DNA from: Fimbriosthenelais zetlandica
Lineage: Eukaryota
Direction: 5' to 3'
NCBI GenBank assembly: GCA_977030845.1
Contig: OZ365118.1
Coordinates: forward strand, 3,100,001-3,164,000
DNA length: 64,000 bases
A program made the translations under genes and the position numbers. Under the pieces are notes generated by a model, which ran no database searches, was not told the DNA's origin, and worked only from the letters and a program-made list of their open reading frames with translations. Below, piece after piece: positions 52,619 to 64,000 of the stretch; the stretch's first letter is position 1; each line of letters starts with the position of its first letter.

Positions 52619-52800
52619 CTTTGTCACGATTAATCTATTCCCCTGCTGTTTACTGAGTGAAATGGCTTTAACTTGCAATAAATCAGGCACTGTCATAATG
52701 AAATGGGGAAGAAATTGGCGAGAAACATGTGTGTATTGCTGGGATGATCTGGGATATCCCTTGTTGATGGGCGGAGTTAACCTGTAATGACGTCATCGTA
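52619..52800 (-). other. Candidate non-coding first exon of the protocadherin
   Basis: Strong donor CAAAG|GTAAGG (intron starts 52618) just downstream of the CRE/YY1/GC-box cluster. The 5' end is unknown. Confidence 0.3.
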
Positions 52801-52835
52801 CATCCGGGACCTCTTATTGAGGCGGCCATTTTAAA
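52760..52835. promoter_or_regulatory. Candidate core promoter: GC box, full CRE palindrome, YY1-type motif
   Basis: GGGCGGAG ~52769, TGACGTCA ~52787-52794 and GGCGGCCATTTT 52821-52832 (AAAATGGCCGCC on minus). Donor-like sites on both sides (minus AAG|GTAAGG at 52619, plus AAG|GTACGG at 52930). Confidence 0.45.
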
Positions 52836-55264
52836 TAGAGAAGGGCATCGTGTAGATCACAGCAATGATTTCATCGAAAAAACCCACATAATAATGACTT
52901 TAACCGTTCAAATGTGCTGTTTACTCGAAGGTACGGTGTCTATCTATTGTTTAGTGGAGAAAAAAGTTGTTGACAAAGAAGGGGGCCGGGGTGAAAGCGA
53001 TTTTATTTAAGGTTGTTGACACCGCCATTGACACTGTCTCTGTCTGTAGTGACTTGTATACGATGAAAGGTAAACACATCAGACTTATTCACATTAATCA
53101 TTATTTCAGGTCGGGTTGCTGTATATGGAGTGGAATATGCCTATACTATTAGTGGTAGGAGAGGATTCGTTTTAAGGTAGGCCTATATTCTTCCTTGGTA
53201 GCTTAAGAATGAAAGTAATAGGCCCTATGCCAATATAGGCCCTATGCTTAAATTAATGAGTTGATATTCAGGCCTACGGCTATCGCCCACCCTTAAGGCC
53301 TTACTATAGTTTAGGCTTACGTTTGTAGGCCATAGGTTATGTCAGAAATTAGAAGGGGAAATGCATTTGTGTTTTGTGTAAAGTATGCCTTATTTTGTGT
53401 AAATTCTTACTTAGTGGCCACATAGTAGGCCTAAAACTAGGCACGACTATAAACCAATACCTTTATCATCACTTGTAGGCTTAATTTTTGTTTTAATCGC
53501 TTTCCAGGCCTGTGTTTCAACCTCCTCATCGACTTTAGAATTGAGGAAATAACCCATCAAGGCTTGTCAAGCTGTGAGCCCCTTCCTAATCACTGAACCA
53601 GCAGTACAACCAACCCACCAGCTTCCAAGGTAATTATGAGACAGTGACCTAATTAAACCCACCCCCCTTCTCCTGACCCAGGAGTATGCTATTCTGTAAC
53701 ATCACGTCCGTGTGTCATTATTGAGATAATTATAATGTCTATCTATATTATCCTTACACAGAATCAATCCTAATCAAATCATGTTAATCAGTTCTGCTCA
53801 GGCAAAACCCTGCGCCAATTATTTTGGCAATTTCTAATACTTTGTACGACCCAAACTAATGATTTGATTTTTATAATTTCTTTTACCTTAAAAATACAAC
53901 AATTTAAACATCATTTCATATTTCTTTCAGGAATCAGATTTGATCAGATCTTCCTGAGCTTAGGGTCACCCTCCAGAATACAAACTCCATATATTATAGG
54001 CCTACGAGGTAAGTTTGAAATATATTTATTTGTGATTCGCTGGAAGGTGAAAAAAAGGTGATATCATTGTTGTAAACACACACCACTTGTAACATAACAT
54101 TTTGTAAGACAGTACAAGGTGCTGAATTCAGGTATTAAATGAATGAAAATCCCAGCTCAAGCTTTTACATATATTCACCTTCAGTAACACAATATTCCCT
54201 GTATTTCTTTTGATCTGGGATATAGTATGCTGCCCATCCTTTCAGATATAAAATCCAAAGCTTTCACTGGCTTATGGAAATAACAGGAATAATATTTCAC
54301 TTGATTTTTCCCGAGTAGAATTGAAGTGAAGTATAGTGGGTTGCTTCTCTTGTTCCTTCATTTATTTTGCAATTCAATAGCCCTATTGTTTCCTTATTGT
54401 CATCCATTTTAGTCTTTCACATAATACAGACTGATATTAAGCCACTAATGTTATCATACTTTAACTGACATAGATGAATGTCCAGCCAGTGCTGAGGTAG
54501 ACGGATAATAAGCTAATTAAAATACCCACCAAAAATTATTATAGTTGAAACTAATGGAAGTTACCTGGGCATTTTATCTATAAAAGCCTAATCTGTTATC
54601 TGACTGGTGATTTTAGTTAGGAGTGCTTAGATGAAGCTTATACCCAGTAGAAGGACAGACCCTTTTATTACAGACCTAAATCGGGCTCTGGATGTTTAAC
54701 CCTTACTCTTCTTCCCACCCCGAATTCCTCTGAAAATAGACTTCAGAATTATGATCCAATCTTATTCTCATGAAAATAATTGACACAATGTCTTTCATGA
54801 TATACCCATGAAAAGCCATATACCCTGATAGGAGTAGTCATGCTTAGCTATATCCATGTAGGCCTTCTTGTTCACATCGAGGTTGTACAATCCTTGTATT
54901 GGATTTTCTTCCATGTACATGTATACCATTGATAACCACTTTCTGATTAATGTACCATATGTAGAATTCCACTCCATTTCATTTAAGATGGTCTTATGTA
55001 CAAACCATGTCTATATATACATAACCTTTGGGGAGAAAAATAAATAAAATTCCAGCCTCGCCCATTTACTTGTTGTTGGGCTCGTCCTAGTGGAAATGTT
55101 GCTTGACTGGTCGCCAGGCAGCTGAGGTTTGTAGGGAAGGATGTCCCCTAGATGTGAACAACTCTATGATCAGGATTTCTATTGATCCCTGAGCGGAAGC
55201 CAATGTGGAGAGCCCAGGCCTGCACGTCCCATTAGAAGAGATACCAATGTCCTGAGAGACAATA

Positions 55265-55362
55265 CCGCCCTCTGCCGCCCCACCTCTCACCCACAGCTTT
55301 GACCTTTCCACACAATTGCGCCCCCTGCCTGTCTCCTACCTTTCTTGGCACTAGGGGGCACC
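55265..55362. promoter_or_regulatory. Cluster of three partial CTCF-like motifs
   Basis: Minus CGGCAGAGGGCGG (55265-55277), minus AGGCAGGGGGCGC (55318-55330) and plus TGGCACTAGGGGGCACC (55346-55362). All are imperfect at the 5' CC. Confidence 0.3.
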
Positions 55363-56170
55363 TCTTAGCGCCAGGCATTGTGGGCTTTCTCTCTCTTGTA
55401 AAGATCGATGGGTGAGACCCTATGCTTAAAATCCATCCTTATATCTGCATTATTCCAGCTTTTAATATTAAACATTTATGGATCACTCTTAAAGTGATTT
55501 TTATCCTTTGTACATCACAAAATTCATGGCCATCTAATTTTTAAATAATAATGCTTTAGTCTTACTCAAACTTAAATAGATACATAAATCTGAACTTAAA
55601 TCCATTTAAATGCAGATGAAAAATGATATAATTAATAGATAGATTAATAGATGTATGGATTTGTTATTAAAATTGGAGATATTTCATCAAAATTAGTTGA
55701 GAAATTAATGTGTTTACCCCACCTTAAGATAATTCTCCATATAGATCAGGGAATGGCCTTGGGGCAGTGGCAGGCCCTACTCTCCAGACACATGGGTCAA
55801 GAGCTCTGGCCTGCGAGGAGAATGAATAGCCTACTGATCAGAACCCTGACCATCTCACCTGTGGTCACCTCCTTCAGGTGGTCAAGACTGACCATTAGAA
55901 GCTTACCCCATGTCCCATTAGACCCTCACCCTTCTCACCTATCATGCGTCTGAGTGGGTCTTTTATCCTGCGTGTCCAGGATTTCTTAACTATATTCCTG
56001 CTAAGGTTTATAGGGAAATTCAGTGATCTGATTTTTTTTTTACAGAAAATCTGAAAAAGAATCTAGGAAATAGATTAATATTTATAAGGTCTTGAGATCC
56101 ATTGAGCTCCACAAACCTTTGTGAGGTACATGGCTGGAGTTGCTCTAAACTCCATACCAACTATTTTCTC

Positions 56171-56189
56171 AAAAAAAAAAAAAAAAAAA
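56171..56189 (+). repeat. A19 tract
   Basis: Directly visible. No target-site duplication or retroelement body recognised. Confidence 0.85.
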
Positions 56190-59100
56190 GTTCGAGAGGG
56201 CAGATCTGGGCGACACCAGTGCCGACTATGTCGTATCGATTGAGGTAATCTCAGGCGCGTGTTTGGGATCGGGGAATGTAAAAGGACATGTTAGAAAGTT
56301 GGCCAGTTTGAGCGGTAAGTGGATCCGCCTGCCACCCCGCAGCCCATCAAGTCCACGCCCCTGGCAATTTAAGCAAACCCCAGGGGACGACTCAACGTCT
56401 TCTAATGCCAAATGTCCACTTTTCCCTTTGATGCTTTTCAGATTTTATTTCCCTCTCAAAATGAATATTGTAAAAGGTCCGGGAACGGAGCTAAAGTTCA
56501 CGACAAGCCGAGGTTGATTGGAGACCTGTAGGAATAGATTGTATTTATATGAACACTGTGATAGTAATATGGTACAATATCAGTCATAATCTATAGACAT
56601 AAATACAGACATCTCCCGGCCACACCTTCCCCCTTCCATTCCTATTTTATCAGGTACAATCTCTGTCTAAAAGGGAAATGTACATGTAGGAAGAAATGTG
56701 ATCCAAGTGTATACGATTCTAATCTGGATAGCTTTAAGCAAATAGACATTTTTCTTCTACATATAGAATAGAGACGGGTGATTATAGTGGCTCATAACAT
56801 TACAGATTCCCTTTGTATTTAGTCAGCTTGACAGGCACGGCTATTGGAGGTGTTTTACACCCGTTTGTTGTGAATAAGTTAGTGGGGAAACACTCCATCT
56901 AGATGTTCATTTTTAAATGAGTCATTATTCAAATATCTCACCAATTTCACATGAATAACATCCTCAGCTTTTTTCATCAGTTGAATCATCTGTCTATATA
57001 TTATTTGGTGATTTTTACATTTACAGTTATATATTTATCTTTTTTAGATAAAAAAAAAACTTCATCCGAAAGAAACATACGTCCAAATCCACCGCTTCTC
57101 ATCCTAACATCTCTTCATGATGTACGATTTCTTCATCCCTCAATCGGTGGGTACTCAATTTACCATAATTGTTATCAGTGTTGACCAAAAGAAATGTCAG
57201 CATTTGGTAAATTCTTATGTTTGATTATTGATATGCCATGTACTTGTTCCATGCAATGTATATCTCGCCATAATTTGTGACAGCTTAAAAATTCCTACTT
57301 ATTGCTCTCCAGTTGATGGTAAGTTGAAGTGGTAAGTTGTATTAACATTCGTACTTGTTCAAATCAGAATTAGCATCACTTTGAATGATCAATGTCAATG
57401 TTATAAATCCATACGAGCGCACTTAGAAATTGGTTAAAAAATTATGGATTAGCGTTAGGTGTATTTCGATTTGTAAATGGTAGGAGATCGGTCAATATTC
57501 TGATCGATTAAGTCCTCACAGACATTTGGACTGTGACAATGGGGCGGCATGGAGCCAGGCGACTGAAAGCTTTTAGATTAGCCTTATCAATGATATGAAC
57601 TTTCACGTGAAAAAAATAAGTCCATTTGAGATAGCTTCAGCATCGGCCAATTGAATCGACAATATGAATAGGCTTCAGTGTTACACTTCTTGACTGAAAG
57701 ACTGTGTTTAATTAATGGCCTTTCAAATATTGCCTGGGTTTCTGTTGGTGCAATGATTCAAATAATGAAATATTGTCAGCATATCTCATGTATTCATAAT
57801 ACAATGTTTCAGGGGACAAAGAGATGGAAACGGTTATGATAACAGTTCATTGCACTTTAATTATGGATTCCCTATATTGAAATGTCATAAATACATTGTT
57901 TTTCTCTGTGATGACAATTAATTATGGGAATCCCTATCTGTAGAAATCATAAATGGATTATTTTTGCTGGGGAATTGACTCGGTCATATGTCCCATATAT
58001 GGGTGGCTGTAAGCTAGTATTGGTCCTCAGTAAATTAATGAGGTGTATATTGGTGAGCATGCAAAAACTGGGTGCGAGTGACATAGTACAAGGCCTGACT
58101 TTACACAGCTCACCCCGGGGGAGGTTAGCCTCCAAGATCAATGGTCACCGGCCCCGTCTATAATGAATGGAAATCATACATGTTTTAAACATATCCTTTC
58201 TTCACGGCGCTGGCCAGGCTGGGCCATGCATTGTGTGCGATGACCCCTCAGGCCCTGCCAACACACTTTGCTATGGCCTTTATCAGTTAGCGCGGACCAG
58301 GGCCACTCGAGAGGCCCTGATAAAAGCCACCCTGGAGAAAGGTGACATTACTCCAAGGCGATCAATGATGTTGGCTATTGTACTGCCGGCATGCACTGCT
58401 CCTGATCTCAGCCCCAATCTCAATGCTGGAGACCAAGTTTCTATTGATTGATTGCTATAAGGCAGTTATTCTCCAGCTCTCTCCTCCATTAGAATTTATA
58501 AGAAAGCACAGTGTATTGATTGCCCGGAATAAGCCAGTCAGCCAGTTGAAATCTATCCCCGTTTGGAATTTAATTTAGTTTAAACAGACTTGTTGCTTAC
58601 ATCTGGCACAATTGAATATTGACTAAATATTGACCTTATAATATTATATTAGTGTTGCATCTTTATCTATAAGGGGTTGATACGATTTTTAATAGATAGA
58701 TAATCAGATTTATTCCTTAAATTTAATATAACTCTATAGGTTAGAAGTGTGTGATATTGGGGTTTTTGCGCATTCTGTGTCTTCTCCACAAATGGAATAG
58801 ATTTTGATAGTAATATTTTGCTGTTCGCTCCTCATTCTGGCCCAGGTAATCCCACCTACCATGGAATCCATCGATCTCCCGGTTTTTATGCCGTATTTTA
58901 TGTCAATGAAGGCGGCAGAGGAACTTTCACAAGAGGCCACTCTCACACATTATACTTTGGCCTGGGCCAGAAATATGCCTACTGATGCGGGAATGATTCC
59001 AGGCTAAAAGAAACTATTTTTCACGCTTTGAATAGTGATGTATCTTGCTGTTCTTTCTTGTTGCTTACTCGAGCGTATATTCTACGGAATATCGACCATA

Positions 59101-61220
59101 CGGTAATAGATCATACCCCCGTATTACTTTCCCTGTATGATCTATTTTGAGACGAAAAATATACTTAAGATATGCCTTTATGAAAAGGCTCTTGTGAAAT
59201 CAATTCACACGCGCAGCCTGTTGGAGTTTTATTCAGATATTTGCATTGTTTGTAAAGGTCAGTGCACTCTAGAGGGAGTGTTTCTGAAACGCCCATAGAC
59301 TTAGCATTGTCTCACAGACTACATATTATGAAACATTCCCCTTCCTATCAACAGATAGCATAAATGAATGTGCAGTGAAAGCCATGTATTCATGAGACTC
59401 AATCATTTATATAAACGACTAGATAAATATTCATGGATGAATTCATTCTTGTGAAGATTATCTATGGATTCGTGGCTATAAGGATATTACAGCCTGAGCA
59501 TATGTGCAAATCCTATACTACTCCATTCCTAACACTGATGAGGGCCCCATCCTCACACATCCATTGGGTGGGTTTTTTACCAGGAGTAAAGTGTGTATAC
59601 CTAATATTTAGTGGCAAGAGTTTCACAAATATACCAGGGTGGTAGGGAATAATTCATTCCATCAAAAAGTCCCCAACTTCGGACACGCAATCTAATATGC
59701 ATACAACTATTGTAATGACAATGTAAAAAGACGACCAGTTCTATTACCCGGCGATGCTAAGCAGATGAAATAATAGCGCCAGCCAGTGGTTCTCTGCTCC
59801 TCTGGGGGTCTTTCTTGTAAACAATTTGCCTCGGTGGAGTATAGTAGTTTACAATAACAATCATCAATTGGAGCTGGAGCTTCTGTAGAACCCAGGGGTC
59901 TGGCATCTTGGTAAGGCTTGTTACTGATTTTATCTTATCACAGCCTCAGTAACATATTGGCTTATCACTGGGCTGTTTCTATGTATTATATGTACCTCGT
60001 CTATGTCTCAGCCAGCAGGGCAGACAATCAGTCAAGCATCTCCCCCGAGTATTGATTCTATTATGGACCAGGTCTGATTTCAGTCAGCCATCCTCTCATC
60101 CTGTCATTGGCCCTCAAATTGGCCTCCTCCATAACGCCGTTACTTAGGTTTTTTATAACCTAGAACATGAAAAGATCACAAGGTGATGGAATAAACGATG
60201 AAGAAGCCCAGAAAGAAATTTCCATATCCCCCCCGATGGATCATCATAAAATATAATAAAATCGGAGGAACAATTTCCATTCTTCCAGCCCCTCTCTCTA
60301 TATCAATTGCTAATGGGTTATAAAGTCCGTAAGAAGAATATCAAGTATTTTATCGGAAATCCCTGAATTAGTAATTCCCGGCGCCAATCCATACCAGGGG
60401 GATGTCTGTAGAGAAAAAATCCCACGGTCTGGAATAGGTTTTAGCTTTTGCTCATTTTTAATGTTTTATTAGGTAAAGAGGGACCCGTGGGAATAGGCAC
60501 ATCTAGACAGAGGGGTGTATAAAAAAAGATATGTGGAGACTTGAGCTTAGTCTATCTATACTCTGCGAGATATGTTACGTTTAAAAAACATATTAAAGCC
60601 TTGATAGCTTTAAATAATTCTGGAAATACTCAAGGAATTCCATGGGCGGATCTGGGGGTAGGTCCAAGGGGTTAGATGAATATTGTCACTCACATATTTG
60701 TGTTTTCCCACAAGAGCCCTCAGCTTTACACAGGCTTATATTTACATTGAGACCAACCCCAGGTGGAGTAGGCCATCGATGGAGCAGAGAGCCCCAGGGA
60801 ACGGAGACAGACAGCGATTGATTCTCATAGTATAAGGTCCTCCCTCTCCCCCAGTGCTGTTAACTGTAAAGGTGCCGGCCATGGCTAAGGTCAGTGTAGA
60901 GACATTTTGTGGAGGTCTATCGACAGGACACTCCTATACCCCCCAATAAATCTTTGTACTGCTCGGCCTTTTTTGTGGGGAGCAGCTCTCCTGTTGGACA
61001 GCAATGTATTAGCTCAGAATGGATTTAGCACGTTTTTCCTGTCCGGTCCAAGTGAACACCCTTCAATCATGGCAGTGGTGGTCTATTACATATCAACTAG
61101 AGATACAAGCTTGGACCTATCGTAGAGAGGAAAATCCACAAATAGAACACTTTCCTTTCTAAAGCACTTCCTTCCCTCCTCCAACTTCCCCACCAAGCAC
61201 TCCCCATTATCTGAATACAA

Positions 61221-61474
61221 CAAGATGGCGGTAGAGAGGGGAGCCTCAACTAGATCTGCTACCACCGGATGCTCCGACAATTCCGGAAGAAGAAATTAAT
61301 GGATTACGATTGATGGCGCTTTTATTTCCCCTTAGAGAAGTTTTATGAATGGTAGGCCAAGGTTAATACGGCCGGGAGCCGGCGGGGGCAGCACCTGTCG
61401 CGCGACTGTGGGCGATAAAAGGCCATCTTCTGGTGGTCGCCAAGGTGATTAACAAACAAGACTCACATGGCGGT
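61221..61474 (+). promoter_or_regulatory. CpG-richer promoter-like island with YY1 and ETS motifs
   Basis: CAAGATGGCGG at 61221-61231, further ATGGCG at ~61313 and ~61467, CCGGAAG at 61283-61289, local CpG enrichment. No associated long ORF. Confidence 0.38.
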
Positions 61475-61730
61475 TTTACATGACGGGGGGAGGGGGGAGG
61501 GGGGGGGGGGGATGTCCATGATCACTGGTCATTACTGTTATATCTCTCCACCTCTCACCTCACAGGTTATACTCCCAACCTCTATACTTTAACATTCAAC
61601 TTAAGGCCAGATCCACTGGCTGGATTGCCCTCCAGTCCAGTGCTGGATCCAGGGGGCCAGGGGCCCCTTTGGTGATGTTTTGAATTGCTCAAATATTTTA
61701 GGGCATGAATCTGAACCCCCCTTTTACAGA

Positions 61731-61835
61731 TCTGTCTCTGTCTCTGTCTGTCTCTGTCACTCACTGTCTCTGTATCTCTGTCTCTCTCTGTTTCTGTCTG
61801 TCTTTCTCTCTGTCTCTTTCTCTGTCCCTCTCCCT
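61731..61835. repeat. Compound (TCTG/TC)n pyrimidine microsatellite
   Basis: Directly visible. It explains the low-complexity shadow ORFs at 61582-62082. Confidence 0.9.
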
Positions 61836-63199
61836 CCATCCCCCTCCCTCTCCCACTCTCCCTTCCTCCCACCCTCCCCCTGGATCAGCCCCAGGAGACA
61901 ATAGGATACACCCTTGCCTTATCCTGACTGATCTTTACATGGGGAGTGGATTAGGTGAAGGTGAGAGGAAGACATTGTGTAAATACCCGCATGTTAATCT
62001 CGAGCTGCACCCATCCCCTTTGTTGACGCAATGCAGTCTTTTACCACTAATCTCTCATCCAATGATCACAAACAATATTTAGTGGTTCCTAAAAGAATCT
62101 GTCTGATGAATGGATGGTCTTAAGAGATGAATGATAATGGATTGGTGGGATTAAAAATGATAGAAAGGTCATTGGTGATTAATAATTAAATTTTTCACAA
62201 GATTACCCTGAGATTTGCGCTGGTTTTGTTATACTACTTTCAATATGGTCAGTAGTAGCAGATGGCCATTGTACACCATTTATATCAGTCATGTGAAGCT
62301 GCACTGTTTTATACCACATTATATCACAGTGTAGCCCTCCTCACCTATAGGTCTGTGTGCGGGATGGCCGCCCACCAGGGAGAAGACACTCTGACTTATG
62401 CCTATCATACATAACTGGTGTCAAGGCCAAATACAGATTAATGGGTACTTGGTGGTCAGGCTGGTACATTGTGTGCGGCCTCTATAGCCCAGCCCAGGTC
62501 CATCTCATTGCTTTATTTCTATTAAGTCCCTGACCTAGACAGCCTTGAGGAATGGCCAGTGAAGAATTAATGTTCCCCCAATATAACCTTGAACCATTTA
62601 CTCAGTTATTCCTCAAGCATACATGCTGAGAAAGCAGACCTCTGGCAACCAAAAGGTCTTGGCTCCAGTCGACCGAAATGCCCAGAAACACTGACAATCT
62701 TTATCAGGCAAAAATCCTCTAGAAACTACAGACTAGTGGTTGTATTTTCAGCCTGGATATTATATTTTGCTTTACATGTATGACCAGAAGTCTACCAAAA
62801 CTGCTTCTGGTTCCCCAAAACAAATGTTATACTCAGCTATGCGGAACCGACTGTTTCGGATTTTCCCTTCCAGCTCCCCTCCCTGGTATATTTTAAGCTG
62901 GCTTAATGGGAATAACGGTCTCATGTAGGCTGCTTTTTGAACAAAGGCATTCAAACATTGGTTCTGGCCTGTGCTTTGTCAGTATCGCCAGGAGCGATCC
63001 ATTAAATGGCCTGTCTGTAGAGATATTTGGTTTTCCTATTATTGTACCTAATGTATGATTCATCAATGGACAAATTAAGGCAGACAATGCTTTCAATGCA
63101 TTGCTAATAGTCCTGACATGGACCTGGAGGACCTTTGGTTATGTTGAGCAGCTATTCATCAACTCTGCCGAGCCACTCTTACAGCACCTTCCCTGTCCC

Positions 63200-63492
63200 A
63201 TCCCTCATAGATGCTTCAACTTAGACAATAGATCCATGGCTCAGATTTCCTGTTCAAAAATCCAAGATTCCCCATGGCTATCCTATCATTGTTTCTTAAA
63301 TTTAAGCTGGTTTCACTTGCTTTAAAAAATGCAACGTATGTGCTGGAAGGTTTTAGGATGATCCCTCCTGGATGTTTCAAGTCATCTAAGACAATAGCTC
63401 TATGGTTCAGATTTCCTCTCGAAAAATCCAAGATTCCCTTCATGCACTTCTTGGAAATTCCAGCATTGTTTCTTAAATTTAAACTGGTTTCA
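63200..63492. repeat. Diverged tandem duplication (~115-130 bp copies, period ~165-177 bp)
   Basis: Shared blocks atccctc..gatg.ttcaa, agacaatag..catgg.tcagatttcct, aaaaatccaagattccc and cattgtttcttaaattta..ctggtttca. Confidence 0.8.
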
Positions 63493-64000
63493 ATTGGTTG
63501 AAATGATACAAAGCTTGTGCAGGAAGACTTTAGGATCCATCAAGACTAATATATTAACATCTTGCATCGCTTGGGGTACCTATAAAGTTGTAATTGATTG
63601 AATTGGCCCGCTTACAGCCTGCGGTACAATGTACAAGTGATAAATCGTGACATTGATCAGTTTACTGGACGCCTGATGAGTCACAGGGGTGCCCTCATGT
63701 CTTTTAATGCTTGTAATAAAGATAAACATTATCAGGCCCGGGGTGTTTATCAATTAGAAGAGAGAGCACTTGGAGTGGATGTTTATCAATCTCACAGCCC
63801 TCGTGTAATTGCCTTGTAATAGTTCCAGCCCTCGTCCCCCTGAACCCTAATTCACCCTCCAATGTCCACCCTCCGGCTCTCCCAATTTGTTGACCAAATA
63901 TCCTTTATCTACAGTGGGGAAGCACTGAGAGGGAACCATCCAGTCCTTCACCTATCTGTATTATTATTTTTGTCTTGTCTGAATCCCACTCCCCAGTGAA

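Larger units (their letters stand above)
52252..54004. repeat. Dispersed cluster of TAGGCCTA palindromes
   Basis: Exact copies at 52252, 52329, 52353, 52442, 52458, 53178, 53426 and 53997, plus variants (TAGGCCCTA x2, TAGGGCCTA, TAGGCTTA x2, TAAGGCCTTA, CAGGCCTA). Confidence 0.9.

Noticed and set aside
58167-58451. CIVCDD...CYG in a 94-aa plus-strand ORF resembling a nuclear-receptor zinc finger start
   Set aside because: Spacing is wrong and the second Cys pair (CxxC) is absent.
1-64000. CRISPR array, rRNA, tRNA, or intact transposase/reverse transcriptase
   Set aside because: None seen. The minisatellite has no unique spacers and the context is eukaryotic. Old TE fragments probably exist but need a species repeat library.

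Overview
Eukaryotic (animal, probably lophotrochozoan invertebrate) genomic DNA that is mostly intronic or intergenic. One protein-coding gene is clearly supported: a minus-strand protocadherin. A single large exon (48452->45696) encodes a signal peptide, 7 cadherin repeats, a TM helix and the start of the cytoplasmic tail. A ~33 kb intron follows, then a phase-compatible cytoplasmic exon (12485->12302), a ~10 kb intron and a terminal exon (2092->1368), giving ~1221 aa. Two further candidate cassette exons lie at 14094->14055 and 13885->13779. The most unusual feature is a ~900 bp minisatellite (44833-45730) whose unit straddles the 3' exon/intron junction of the large exon. It creates 13 tandem copies of the 5' splice donor (CAG|GTAGGT or CAG|GTACGT). 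The first 9 are in frame, so donor choice could add 0-8 proline-rich 17-23 aa modules to the cytoplasmic tail. Upstream are candidate promoters (50.3 kb, 52.8 kb, 61.3 kb), CTCF-like motifs and a dense cluster of TAGGCCTA palindromes flanking the 52.8 kb promoter-like core. I recognised no rRNA, tRNA, CRISPR array or intact transposase/RT. All splice, promoter and motif calls were made by eye from sequence consensus and phase arithmetic, not from expression data or database searches.
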